NCBI RefSeq assembly: GCF_004376175.1
Contig: NZ_SNUY01000011.1
Span: 49,941-81,940 of the forward strand
Reading direction: 5' to 3'
Length of the DNA stretch: 32,000 nucleotides
From: Halalkalibacterium halodurans
Lineage (GTDB): Bacteria; Bacillota; Bacilli; Bacillales; Bacillaceae_D
Shown: positions 1 to 9,184 of the stretch, piece after piece
How the letters are laid out: the number at the start of each line of letters is the position of its first letter
Numbering within the stretch: the first letter of the stretch is position 1
Notes under the pieces: model-generated
The model's database searches: none
What the model saw: the letters and a program-made list of their open reading frames with translations, nothing else
Told to the model about the DNA's origin: nothing
Program-made: the position numbers and the translations under genes

Positions 1-66
1 TGAAGGGGGAACATACATGCGCCTTGAGAAGTTAGAGATCAATCCGGAAAAATCGAAATAGATTTA

Positions 67-210
67 ATGAAACGCGAGGGACCATTCGTTGTAGTGGTAT
101 CTGATGGGCGGGCTAAAATAACGAGTTTACCACCTCATGGTGAAACCAAAGTATTAACTCACCAGGGGAAGGTGAAAAGAATTAAGTTTGACGAGGGAGA
201 AGAATTTTAA
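67..210 (+). CDS. XtrA-like small protein of PBSX-type elements (47 aa; below the ORF-track size cut-off)
   Basis: ATG 67, TAA 208-210. Translation is MKREGPFVVVVSDGRAKITSLPPHGETKVLTHQGKVKRIKFDEGEEF. It sits directly upstream of the xpf-like gene, as xtrA does in PBSX. No clear RBS. The frame open from the window edge (2..61) could be a separate upstream gene end. Confidence 0.45.
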   Translation: MKREGPFVVVVSDGRAKITSLPPHGETKVLTHQGKVKRIKFDEGEEF

Positions 211-230
211 ATAGTTCTACCAGACATCTG

Positions 231-281
231 GAGGACACTGATTGGATTACGGGATACACGTGTCTGTCGGTGTCCTTTTTT
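231..281 (+). terminator. Long hairpin plus T6, candidate attenuator/terminator in front of the sigma-like activator gene
   Basis: 231-242 pairs with 266-277 (core GGACAC 233-238 / GTGTCC 270-275) and is followed by TTTTTT 276-281. An alternative pairing, CAGACA 221-226 / TGTCTG 261-266, competes for the 3' arm. Confidence 0.45.
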
Positions 282-305
282 GCTTAAAAAAATTTAAGGA
301 GGCGG

Positions 306-815
306 TTGTCCATGCAAGAATTGATTGAAGAGTATACAGAGACTTTGCACGACGTCGAAAAAATGCGAGAGAAGGCAGCGGAAGATGACAAAATAATCTT
401 GGGCAGCATGGCAAGCGATCTTAAATACGCCATTCAGTGGATGAAAACCGGCAGGCAACCAGGCAACCGCAGAGGGGTGGAGAGGCTGGCCGCATATCAA
501 AAAGAAAAGAGCTTCGATCCGCTAGAAATGCAGAAATTTTTCCGTTCTACATGCGATTCATATTCATGGACAGAGGATGGTCGAGAAGAAAATGCCATCA
601 CCGAATGGGATAAAATTCGCATTGAGGATGCTCTGTCGGTGCTCACCGATCGTGAAAAAGAAATATATTTGATGTCTCGAGGGCAAATGTTGTCATACGA
701 TGATATTGCCAAGTTGCTGTGCGTTTCAAAGAGCACAATCCAGACGACGATTGAACGTGCAGAAAATAAAATACGCCAACAAATTTCTCAAAGCCTATTC
801 TCTTTTACGGGATAG
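306..815 (+). CDS. Sigma-70 region-4-type late transcription activator (PBSX Xpf-like positive control factor)
   Basis: AAGGAGG RBS 8 nt upstream. The C-terminal LTDREKEIYLMSRGQMLSYDDIAKLLCVSKSTIQTTIERAENKIRQQ is a region-4 HTH. It lies between the XtrA-like ORF and the small terminase, as xpf does in PBSX. Confidence 0.8.
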   Translation: MSMQELIEEYTETLHDVEKMREKAAEDDKIILGSMASDLKYAIQWMKTGRQPGNRRGVERLAAYQKEKSFDPLEMQKFFRSTCDSYSWTEDGREENAITEWDKIRIEDALSVLTDREKEIYLMSRGQMLSYDDIAKLLCVSKSTIQTTIERAENKIRQQISQSLFSFTG

Positions 816-825
816 GCTTTTTTTG
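791..825 (+). terminator. Rho-independent terminator overlapping the end of the sigma-like gene
   Basis: AAGCCTAT 791-798 pairs with ATAGGCTT 812-819 (13-nt loop) and is followed by a T7 run to 824. Confidence 0.7.
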
Positions 826-931
826 TCGTACGAATGCCACCTATATATAAAGAGGTTATTCAAGGTAACGGAGTGAGACGATGGAAATACGCAAAGTACC
901 TGTTGGGGATTAATACAGGGGACGATCTAAA

Positions 932-975
932 AAAACTCGTCGAACTTGATCTCCAACTCCAGCGTGACGAGTTTT
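932..975. promoter_or_regulatory. Perfect 10-bp inverted repeat upstream of the small terminase gene (late-operon control or packaging-related element)
   Basis: AAAACTCGTC 932-941 and GACGAGTTTT 966-975 are separated by 24 nt, 48 nt before the terS ATG. A sigma-A-like TTGTCG(823-828)-N17-TATAAA(846-851) lies upstream. Confidence 0.5.
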
Positions 976-1023
976 GAAACAAACACAAACTTAAACCAAT
1001 ATATGGGGGTGGCGGTGATGTAG

Positions 1024-1914
1024 ATGGCTAGACCGAGAGACCCGCGGAGGGATGAAGCAAAAGAAGCGTGGTTAAAATCCAACGGGGAAGCGAAATTGAA
1101 GGACATTGCCACCTATCTAGGTGTTTCGGCTTCAACCATCCGCAAATGGAAAGCTCAAGACCGTTGGGAAGATGAATTGAAAGGGAGCGCTCCTAAACCG
1201 AAAAGGAGCGCTCCTAAACAGGGAGCTCCTAAAGGCAACGATAACGCCAAAGGTAATAAAGGCGGTGCTGCGCCCAAAGGCAACAAAAATGCAGTAGGAA
1301 ATTCGGGCGGAGCTGCACCACGAGGGAACAAGAACGCACTCACCACGGGCGAGTATGAATCCATCCTTATCGACACATTGTCCGAAGAGGAGCAGGCACT
1401 ATTCGACATTGTGGACACGTCTCCTGTCTCTCAAATTGAAGAGAATATCCGTATCCTTGCAATTAGGGAAAGGCGAATGTTGCAAAGGATAAACGACATC
1501 ATAGAGGGTATGACAGAGAAGGAAGTGCGGATTCTAAAACAACTAAGAAAAACGAAGGTGCCAGTTGAAAAGCCGGACTTTGAAAATGGTGGCTTTAAAG
1601 AGGTTATAGTCAATAAGGAAGAGTTAGTCGTTGTCGAAGAGGAAGAGACCACATATCGAAAGATTGACGACATACTGAAGATTGAAGACGCCCTCACACG
1701 AGTGCAAAATCAGAAGCAAAAAGCCATCAAGATGTTATTCGAGATGACCGAGGCGTATTCGCAGCGTACAGAGATTGCCTTGCGTCGCTTGAAGTTGGAT
1801 GAGGAAGCTGCAAAGAAGGATGCTCAAATTGATCTTGTGAAGGACAATGTGGATCTGTCTAACCTTTCAGACGAAGAGCTAGAAAAGGAACTGAAAAAGT
1901 ATGGATTATCGTAG
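1024..1914 (+). CDS. Terminase small subunit (XtmA-like)
   Basis: N-terminal HTH (DIATYLGVSASTIRKWKAQDRW). Reiterated GAPKGN-x-NA / GNKNA low-complexity motif typical of Firmicute phage small terminases. Overlaps the large terminase start. Confidence 0.85.
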   Translation: MARPRDPRRDEAKEAWLKSNGEAKLKDIATYLGVSASTIRKWKAQDRWEDELKGSAPKPKRSAPKQGAPKGNDNAKGNKGGAAPKGNKNAVGNSGGAAPRGNKNALTTGEYESILIDTLSEEEQALFDIVDTSPVSQIEENIRILAIRERRMLQRINDIIEGMTEKEVRILKQLRKTKVPVEKPDFENGGFKEVIVNKEELVVVEEEETTYRKIDDILKIEDALTRVQNQKQKAIKMLFEMTEAYSQRTEIALRRLKLDEEAAKKDAQIDLVKDNVDLSNLSDEELEKELKKYGLS

Positions 1915-3490
1915 AGCGCTATTAGAAGAGAAATTGCGACGCGCCATGCGTGAAACGATTTTGAATGCTAGGCGTAATTTCTGGGACTTCTGTAAGACCA
2001 GGGCGCCAGATTTCTACAAAGAGGATCGATGGTATCTAGAACTCTATTGTAAAACTCTCGAAGCTCTATATAGGAAGCACCTTACAAAACAATACTTTTA
2101 TTCCTTGGCAAAAGAGATCGCTCCCGACTGGTTTATAGAAGAGTTTGAGTGGGAACTAATTCCCGATCGATCACAGCCTTTTGAAAAAATGATCATCAAT
2201 ATGCCCCCACGTCATGGGAAATCACGAACTCTCAACATGTTTTGTGAATGGCTGCTGGGTGATGATCCCGATAACAAGATCATTACGGCCAGCTACAATG
2301 AGGATATGGCCACAACCTTCTCCCGTAATACTCGTGATGGGATAGCGGAGAAAAAGGTTGCACCGCAGCACTTGGTCTATTCGGATATCTTCCCGAATAT
2401 CAAAATTCGACGTGACAACTCGAGTTATCGGGAATGGGCGCTGGAAGGTAAGCACTTTAGTTACAAAGGCGCTGGTCTTGGTGGTTCTGTCACAGGTAAG
2501 GGTGGAAACATCCTGATCGTTGACGATCCGATTAAGAACGCAGAAGAGGCGTATAACGAGAATGCCTTAGACAAACAATGGCTTTGGTATACAGGGACAT
2601 TTCTCTCTCGTTTGGAAGAAGAAAGCGGAAACCCGATCGAGATCGTGAATATGACTAGGTGGGCAAAGAAGGATATATGCGGTCGTATTCTTGATGGCAA
2701 AGGGAGAGAAGAATGGTTCGTTCTGAAAATCGAGGTGAAAAGCAAGACCACTGGTGAGATGTTATGTGAGCAAATCCTCTCCAAAAAGCGTTATGAGTAT
2801 TTCATGTCCGAGATGGAGGAGGGTGTATTTTGGGCTAACTATCACCAGAAAACGATCGATCAACGCGGCAGATTATACAAGTACTTTAAGACATATACCG
2901 CGCTGCCTAAAGCGGAAGATGGCTCTTTGCTGTTTGAGCGAATTGTTGCATACACGGATGTGGCAGATACGGGAGACGATTACTTGTGTACTGTCGTAGC
3001 TGGAATATACCAGGGTGTTGCTTATGTCCTCGATGTTATCTACACGCAAGCTGATTTGGAGGAAACGGAGCCAGATGTTGCATTCACGTTAAATGAGAAT
3101 AACGTCAACGTCGGATACTTTGAATCGAATAACGGAGGTGAAGGGGCTGCACGTAGTGTTCGTCGTATCCTTCGCCTGAACTATCCGACAGCGCCGACGA
3201 TTGTCCGTTCATTCCATCAAAGCAAGAACAAACAAGCTCGAATATTGTCGAACAGCACCTTTGTGATGAAGAGGGTGCTTTTTCCTGTGGACTGGAAAGA
3301 CAGATGGCCGGAATACTACCAAGCTATGTCAGAGTACCAACGGTCCGGTAAGAATGCCCACGACGACGCGCCAGACGCAACGACAGGAATTGCAGAGATT
3401 TTGCAAAATCGTATTGATGAGGAAGAAAGGGAAGAAAAACGACCGGAGCGCAAGCGACCGAGCGGACGAACTAGACGAGAAAGGAGGTAG
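1901..3490 (+). CDS. Terminase large subunit (PBSX XtmB type)
   Basis: Walker A PPRHGKSR and Walker B ILIVDDP. C-terminal nuclease motifs VADTGDDY and HDDAPDA. Unusual Arg/Glu-rich C-terminal tail. Confidence 0.95.
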   Translation: MDYRRALLEEKLRRAMRETILNARRNFWDFCKTRAPDFYKEDRWYLELYCKTLEALYRKHLTKQYFYSLAKEIAPDWFIEEFEWELIPDRSQPFEKMIINMPPRHGKSRTLNMFCEWLLGDDPDNKIITASYNEDMATTFSRNTRDGIAEKKVAPQHLVYSDIFPNIKIRRDNSSYREWALEGKHFSYKGAGLGGSVTGKGGNILIVDDPIKNAEEAYNENALDKQWLWYTGTFLSRLEEESGNPIEIVNMTRWAKKDICGRILDGKGREEWFVLKIEVKSKTTGEMLCEQILSKKRYEYFMSEMEEGVFWANYHQKTIDQRGRLYKYFKTYTALPKAEDGSLLFERIVAYTDVADTGDDYLCTVVAGIYQGVAYVLDVIYTQADLEETEPDVAFTLNENNVNVGYFESNNGGEGAARSVRRILRLNYPTAPTIVRSFHQSKNKQARILSNSTFVMKRVLFPVDWKDRWPEYYQAMSEYQRSGKNAHDDAPDATTGIAEILQNRIDEEEREEKRPERKRPSGRTRRERR

Positions 3491-3493
3491 GAT

Positions 3494-5062
3494 ATGTCGC
3501 AGCCACAAGTTAAAGCACGTGTAATAAAGGCACAAGGATTGTCGGGGTCATCAAAACAGATTTATCAGGATGACTTTAAAGAATGGTATGGACTAGATGT
3601 TATTATGCCTCCCTATAATCTCCAAGAACTCAAGGTGATTGCAGAAAAATCTACTGTACTTCAGCAGTGTATAGATGCCTATTGCACAAACCTAATTGGT
3701 TTCGGTCTAGAGCCTGAATATACGTTTGATTTTAATGCTGCCAAAGACGAGAAGGACGGGAACCGTAGATCTGCGAAACAGGTGGAAGCTGAAAAAGAGT
3801 GGGTGCAGCTCGAGGAATTCATTAAATATCTAAATCATGATGAACGGGCTGAAACCATAATCGAATACGCAATCGCAGACATGGAAAAGACGGGAAATGG
3901 GTACCTCGAAGTAATGCGAAATGTCAAAGGCGAACCGGCTGAAATCCAGTACATGGACAGCCAATACATGCGTGTCTGTACTCGCACAGTTCCAGAAAAA
4001 ATTGAAGAACCTATAACCGTCCAAGGGAAGCCGAGCACATACACGAGGTGGAAAAGGTTCAGGCGGTATGCGCAGATGGTGAATGGGAAAATTGTCTACT
4101 TCAAGGAATATGGAGATCCACGAATCATGAACTCTAAAACTGGGAAATTTGATGACAACACACCCGAGAATCTTCGTGCCACCGAGGTCATTCATTTCAA
4201 AGTTGGAAGTGGAGCTTATGGCATACCGCGATGGATCGGGAACTTAATAGGGATGTATGGGGCCAGAAAAGCAGAGGAGTTAAACTACTTGTATTTCAAA
4301 AATGGTCGACACATACCTGCTGCAATTCTTGTAGAAAACGGGATGCTTAGCGAAGACTCATACGAAGAGTTACAAGAGTACATGAATCAGGCGCAAGGGG
4401 TGGACAATGCACATAAATTCCTACTGTTAGAGGTGGAAGGAATCAAGCCTACCGATGATCTGAAATTAAACGCGGACAATGTATCTAATGTTAGGGTGCA
4501 AATTAAGAGTCTTGCCGAAATGCTGCAGCAGGACGCTCTTTTTCTGGAATACGATGAAAAACACCGAGAAAAGCTGCGCTCGTCCTTTAGATTGCCGCCT
4601 ATTTATGTGGGAGAAGCAAAAGATCTGAACCGAGCTACGGCGGATACAGCGCGTAAGGTAACGGAAGAACAAGTCTTTCAACCTATGAGGAATAAAATCG
4701 TAGGAAAGCTCAATTCATTGTTTTTGCCTGACCTTGGGTTGAATCTTGTTCGCATGGTCGCCAAAGGTCCAGACTTCCGTGATCCTATGGAAATTGCGAA
4801 AGTACTTATTCCTTTTGTTAATGCTCGCGCATTAGCGCCAAACGACTTGCGTGATGCTGCCGGACGTATCTTGGGTAAGACGCTAGAAGAATGGCCAGAG
4901 GAGATCTATAATCGCCCACTTGCACGAGAGCAGCAAGTTATCGATGGTGAAACGATTCAGCAAAACTCAATCCAAAAGGCGGCACCACACGATCAATCCG
5001 AACTCGTGAGCGTGCTTAAAGATTTGCGAGATTATGTGATCCGTTCGGAGGAAAAACGATGA
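3494..5062 (+). CDS. Portal protein
   Basis: 522 aa, immediately after terL. The GNGYLEV-type portal core motif region is present. Overlaps the next gene (ATGA). Confidence 0.9.
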   Translation: MSQPQVKARVIKAQGLSGSSKQIYQDDFKEWYGLDVIMPPYNLQELKVIAEKSTVLQQCIDAYCTNLIGFGLEPEYTFDFNAAKDEKDGNRRSAKQVEAEKEWVQLEEFIKYLNHDERAETIIEYAIADMEKTGNGYLEVMRNVKGEPAEIQYMDSQYMRVCTRTVPEKIEEPITVQGKPSTYTRWKRFRRYAQMVNGKIVYFKEYGDPRIMNSKTGKFDDNTPENLRATEVIHFKVGSGAYGIPRWIGNLIGMYGARKAEELNYLYFKNGRHIPAAILVENGMLSEDSYEELQEYMNQAQGVDNAHKFLLLEVEGIKPTDDLKLNADNVSNVRVQIKSLAEMLQQDALFLEYDEKHREKLRSSFRLPPIYVGEAKDLNRATADTARKVTEEQVFQPMRNKIVGKLNSLFLPDLGLNLVRMVAKGPDFRDPMEIAKVLIPFVNARALAPNDLRDAAGRILGKTLEEWPEEIYNRPLAREQQVIDGETIQQNSIQKAAPHDQSELVSVLKDLRDYVIRSEEKR

Positions 5063-5988
5063 ATAAAGTGCAGGATCTGGTAGCGAATCTAAATGACTTG
5101 ATCAGGAAAGAGCTAGCTTTTGATTCTAAACTGTCTGAAGTACTTGCTGACTTCCCAGGCAAAGAAAAAGTAGAGACATTCATTGAGGAGTATGAGGCCG
5201 TTATTGCTTTTTTGCTTTTAAGGATGAGGAATCACTTTATCGATGCCTTGCACTCGTTTATTGCAAAGGATGATAGCGAAACATTAGAAGCCATCTTATC
5301 CTACTTTCAGGAGCATGTTTCCTATGAAATGTTTGTCGAAGAGCTAGCTGCTGAATCGGAGCGTTTTTTACGCATGTCAGTTGAAGAGTTTTCAAAGGTG
5401 ATCATGGATTCTCTTGATCCAGAAGTACCGTTTCAAGTGTTATCTAATCGGTCCATTAAGTGGATCGAGGAATGGTCCCAAGAACTGGCCGAACTGATGA
5501 ATCTATCAACCCAAAATTCAGTAGAGAAGATTCTCACCACGGCCATAAATGAGGGAAAGGGAATAGACTACGTGGAACGCGAACTCATGGAACATGAGTC
5601 TTTCAGTCGTCAGCGAGCAAGGACCACAGCTATAACCGAAGTTCTCACAGCGTCGTCAGTAGCGCAGCAAGAAAGCTATTCGCAAAGTCCAGCTGTCATC
5701 GGGAAACGGTGGAAGCATTCGGGAACCAAAGGAATTGACCCAAGGGAAAACCATATGGCACTTGATGGAACGGTGGTCCCTGTTGACGAGCCGTTTGTGA
5801 TCCCAGGCAGCGAGGAGGTCGCCATGTTCCCTCGCGATCCTAACCTATCTGCAAAAGAACGCGTCAATTGCCACTGTGCGCTTGGTCCAGCAGTCGACGA
5901 AAGTATCACTGGGCTGTCTCCCGAAGAAAAACAGGCGATTCGGGACGAGGCTTTAGCTGAAATGAACAGTAAGGGTGCATGGGAGTAA
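5059..5988 (+). CDS. Minor head morphogenesis protein, SPP1 gp7 / Mu F family
   Basis: C-terminal pattern RENHMALDGTVVPVDEPF...VNCHCA is typical of Mu F-like head proteins. Position follows the portal. Confidence 0.85.
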   Translation: MNKVQDLVANLNDLIRKELAFDSKLSEVLADFPGKEKVETFIEEYEAVIAFLLLRMRNHFIDALHSFIAKDDSETLEAILSYFQEHVSYEMFVEELAAESERFLRMSVEEFSKVIMDSLDPEVPFQVLSNRSIKWIEEWSQELAELMNLSTQNSVEKILTTAINEGKGIDYVERELMEHESFSRQRARTTAITEVLTASSVAQQESYSQSPAVIGKRWKHSGTKGIDPRENHMALDGTVVPVDEPFVIPGSEEVAMFPRDPNLSAKERVNCHCALGPAVDESITGLSPEEKQAIRDEALAEMNSKGAWE

Positions 5989-6009
5989 TCCATGAAAGGA
6001 GGTGAGAAC

Positions 6010-7125
6010 ATGCCAAGAGAATTAATAAACGCACAGATAACACATGTATCACTTGTTGACAAAGGAGCCAACGGGAAGAAGTTTGCCATCGTTAAGTCTG
6101 AAAAAGACCCTGTCTTTCAGAAGACAGTCAACATCATGAAATCTGATGAGGAAAAGCAGCTTGTTACCGGTGTTGTGTACGAGCCAGAGGTAGAGGATGC
6201 TCACGGAGATTTCATGACAGCTGATGAGATTGAAAAGGCTGCCCATCAGTTTTTAAAAGATTATCGGAACATCGATAAGCAGCACGACTTTATTTCTGAC
6301 GTAGGCGAAGTGGTTGAGTCCTGGATTGCAAAATCGGATATGACACTAGGTGATGAAGAGATCACCGAAGGTACTTGGGTGATGACGGTGAAAGTCACTG
6401 ATAACGACAGTTGGGAAGCGATCAAGAAGGGTGACATAACAGGTTTCAGCATGGCAGGGTCAGCGGAAGTCATCGAAAAGCAAAAGGAAAAAAAGCCTGT
6501 TTCCAAAAACCAAGAAGGCGAAGAGGAAATGAAAGGCTTTTTTACTTTGCTTAAAAACTTCTTTACAAAGGGAGAAGTCCGAGACAATTACGAGGCTAAC
6601 CAACAACGGCGCAACTTATGGGCAGTTTGGGATGCGCTGGAAGATGCTTTTTATTCTTCTATTTGGCACAACCCTACACCTCAAGTTGCTGATTTTGAGC
6701 GTATTAAAGCTGCGGCAATTGAGTTTGAGGAAATTGTGTCAGAAATCCAATCACCTGAGGCCGTTGAGAAAGCAATGGCATCAAAGCCTGAAAACATGAA
6801 AAAGTCAAAGGAGGATAACGAAGTGAAACCAGAGGAACTTCAACAAGCGCTTGAAAAAGCAATGGACCCATTGAACAAAAAACTGGAAGCCCTTGAAAAA
6901 GGACAAGATGCCAACATTGACCAAACGGGTGAGCAAGAGCTATCGGATGAGGAAAAGTTAGCTAAACAATTGGAGGATGTAGTTGCAGCTGCAGTTGATC
7001 CAATTGCAAAGCGCTTGGAAGCTATTGAAAAAACTCGTGCTGGATCTCAGCAGCAGTCTACAGATGATCAACAATCGCAAGCTCAACCTGTCGAAAAAAG
7101 CTATATGCAACATTTTTATCGGTAA
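6010..7125 (+). CDS. XkdF-type prohead protease-like / scaffolding protein
   Basis: Start moved to ATG 6010 because the track start at 5992 contains the AAAGGAGGTGA RBS. The N-terminus (ITHVSLVDKGANGKKF ... FSMAG) resembles the XkdF family. The acidic coiled-coil C-terminus is scaffold-like. Confidence 0.8.
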   Translation: MPRELINAQITHVSLVDKGANGKKFAIVKSEKDPVFQKTVNIMKSDEEKQLVTGVVYEPEVEDAHGDFMTADEIEKAAHQFLKDYRNIDKQHDFISDVGEVVESWIAKSDMTLGDEEITEGTWVMTVKVTDNDSWEAIKKGDITGFSMAGSAEVIEKQKEKKPVSKNQEGEEEMKGFFTLLKNFFTKGEVRDNYEANQQRRNLWAVWDALEDAFYSSIWHNPTPQVADFERIKAAAIEFEEIVSEIQSPEAVEKAMASKPENMKKSKEDNEVKPEELQQALEKAMDPLNKKLEALEKGQDANIDQTGEQELSDEEKLAKQLEDVVAAAVDPIAKRLEAIEKTRAGSQQQSTDDQQSQAQPVEKSYMQHFYR

Positions 7126-7168
7126 TTCAATAACCGAAGAAGAAGAAGAAGAAAAGGAGTGAATCAAA

Positions 7169-8116
7169 TTGGATAACAACGACGTAATTGCAATGGAAAA
7201 GGGCAACTCGATTCAGCAAATCAAAAAAGATATCGAAGTCACGATGCCGAAACAACAAGCGCAACAATTTTTGATCGATACGATCGAAACAACATCAACA
7301 CTACAAAAGCTAGATCCGATTTATCGTAATGACAGCAAAGGTTCCATTGACACACTTAGTGTTCAAAGTCGCCGCTTAAGAAAACATTCAAAGAACCACA
7401 CTCCAAATAACACAACTGACGGTATCGATAATGGTCAGATTGAGTATAACGTTCAAAAAGTATTTTGGGATACATGGCTTAATGATGATGATGTGTGGTA
7501 TAACTTACGAGTCCGTGGTGAGAACATCGAGGATACTGTCATTGGAATGATCCAGAGACAATTTGGTGTGGATTTGCAGGACTTAATTTTTAACGGGGAT
7601 ACAGAGATTGACCCTACAGCAGAAGATGCTGCTTTCTTAAGTATTCTTGACGGCTTCGTTAAAAAGATGAAGAAATCTCCATATGTTACAGACTTGGGAG
7701 ATGAGGAACCGACGCTGCTTGACTTTATAAATCACGTGCAGATCCTCCCAGAGCGATATAAAAATGCTCATGATGATATCACTTGGTTTATGACTCGGAA
7801 TACTCATGACAAACTAATGTCTCAAGCTACGCAACGTATGACAGGCTTCGGAGATGCTGTTTTACAAGACGGTAAATTAGTAAGAATTGCTGGATATCAA
7901 ATTGAAATTGTTGCAACTCTACAATCTGGATTTGCAGCTTTAACACCGATGAAAAACCTCAAGCCTGTTTTCACTCGTGACTTGAGATACAATCGCACGG
8001 GTGTCGGTGCAACTGCTGTCGCAAAAGATGCAACGTACCACATCTTGTTTGCGTATTTGGATGCTGTGCTGCGTGAAGTAGATGCAGTAGCTTACCTAAC
8101 AGGGTCTAAGCTATAA
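7169..8116 (+). CDS. Major capsid protein (XkdG position)
   Basis: TTG start 6 nt after AAAAGGAGTGA. 315 aa. The call rests on position after the scaffold and on size. Confidence 0.75.
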   Translation: MDNNDVIAMEKGNSIQQIKKDIEVTMPKQQAQQFLIDTIETTSTLQKLDPIYRNDSKGSIDTLSVQSRRLRKHSKNHTPNNTTDGIDNGQIEYNVQKVFWDTWLNDDDVWYNLRVRGENIEDTVIGMIQRQFGVDLQDLIFNGDTEIDPTAEDAAFLSILDGFVKKMKKSPYVTDLGDEEPTLLDFINHVQILPERYKNAHDDITWFMTRNTHDKLMSQATQRMTGFGDAVLQDGKLVRIAGYQIEIVATLQSGFAALTPMKNLKPVFTRDLRYNRTGVGATAVAKDATYHILFAYLDAVLREVDAVAYLTGSKL

Positions 8117-8147
8117 AACTAATAATGACAAAGGAGGGTAACTGAAA

Positions 8148-8432
8148 ATGCCGTATCAATTGAAGAGTAAAAGCGTCCTTCATGTGCCTGGAGGACGCTT
8201 TTTTAAGAAGGATGAAGTATACAAGGACGTGCCAAAAACGCATATGAGCTACTTTGTGGAGTCGGAAAAAGGAGGACCACAAGAGCGAACTCCATACACA
8301 CATAGTGAGTTGGAGAAATTGTCTGCTTCCGATCAGAAAAAAATTATTGAAGAACTTGGTGGAGACGCAGAAAGTGTGAAGAATGCTGAGCAGCGCATCG
8401 CCTTGATTTTAGAATTACAAGACGGTGAGTAA
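8148..8432 (+). CDS. Small head-associated protein with a HeH/Rho-N-like C-terminal motif
   Basis: GGAGGG RBS. The C-terminal LEKLSASDQKKIIEELGGD...AEQRIALILELQ resembles a HeH/SAP-type helix pair. Confidence 0.5.
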   Translation: MPYQLKSKSVLHVPGGRFFKKDEVYKDVPKTHMSYFVESEKGGPQERTPYTHSELEKLSASDQKKIIEELGGDAESVKNAEQRIALILELQDGE

Positions 8433-8435
8433 GCC

Positions 8436-8822
8436 ATGGCGCTTATAACACCTCAAGATGTCAAAGACTATACAACGTTTCCGATCGTAAAAAACCGTCC
8501 TGACAAATTACTCGAAGATGACATCTTGGAGGCAGAGATCGAGATTGAGAGTGTGACAGGTCACAGGTTCACGGATCCGGAATTTAATCCCTTGCCACGT
8601 CCGGTTAAACTAGCGGCCATAAAACTAGCCCAGTTTTATGCCGTGCTTAACTCAGATGAGGATCGAGCCCGAGGTGTGAAGCAAGAACGCTTTGAAAATT
8701 ACAGCTACACCTTTGCCGACGGTCAGAACATACAAAAGCCTGATATTGGATTTCTCCTTGCGAAGTATATTCGCAAGGATGATCCAGAGAGAGGTGTAAA
8801 GATGAGGATGAGGATCATATGA
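8436..8822 (+). CDS. Head-tail connector (gp6-like)
   Basis: N-terminal ITPQDVKDYT...LLEDDILEAEIEIE pattern of gp6-type connectors. Position supports the call. Confidence 0.65.
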   Translation: MALITPQDVKDYTTFPIVKNRPDKLLEDDILEAEIEIESVTGHRFTDPEFNPLPRPVKLAAIKLAQFYAVLNSDEDRARGVKQERFENYSYTFADGQNIQKPDIGFLLAKYIRKDDPERGVKMRMRII

Positions 8823-9184
8823 GTCTTTTAAACTTACTTGATCACCTTTGCGACATCTATCGGCTTGAAAAGGCGGGGCAACAACAAAACTATGGAGTAC
8901 CCATAGAGGTACCGGGGAAGTATTCAGATGCCCCGATTGCAACAGATGTGCTCTGCCATTTTGAAGAGGTTGCCCAAGATGTGGTGCAGGGCGAACCGCA
9001 GGCAACCATTGTGCAGCGTATGCGTGTGACATTTCCTGCTGGCACCGATGTGCAGATGAACGATCTTGTGAGATGGCACGACGGGGAGAATCGGGACGAC
9101 TATGTCGAGTATAGGCTGCAGAAACCTAAAAGCGTGAGGGGTCATCACATTATCGTGATGGCCTTGAGGAGTGACGATCTATGA
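8819..9184 (+). CDS. Head-tail adaptor / head closure protein
   Basis: ATGA overlap with neighbours, 121 aa, neck-module position. Confidence 0.6.
   Translation: MSLLNLLDHLCDIYRLEKAGQQQNYGVPIEVPGKYSDAPIATDVLCHFEEVAQDVVQGEPQATIVQRMRVTFPAGTDVQMNDLVRWHDGENRDDYVEYRLQKPKSVRGHHIIVMALRSDDL

Noticed and set aside
2-61. A frame open from the window edge (…EGGTYMRLEKLEINPEKSK*)
   Set aside because: Only 19 codons are visible and there is no start. It may be the end of an upstream gene or a frameshifted N-terminus of the XtrA-like ORF. That is too little to call.
834-977. A 47-codon ORF (MPPIYKEVIQGNGVRRWKYAKYLLGINTGDDLKKLVELDLQLQRDEF) in the xpf-terS gap
   Set aside because: There is no RBS, the ATG lies 9 nt after a terminator T-run, and a perfect 10-bp inverted repeat sits inside it. 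The region is more likely regulatory RNA/DNA. It is kept only as a note in a finding.
7134-7153. A (GAA)n microsatellite between the scaffold and capsid genes
   Set aside because: It is a short purine run merging into the capsid RBS. Nothing indicates phase variation or another function.
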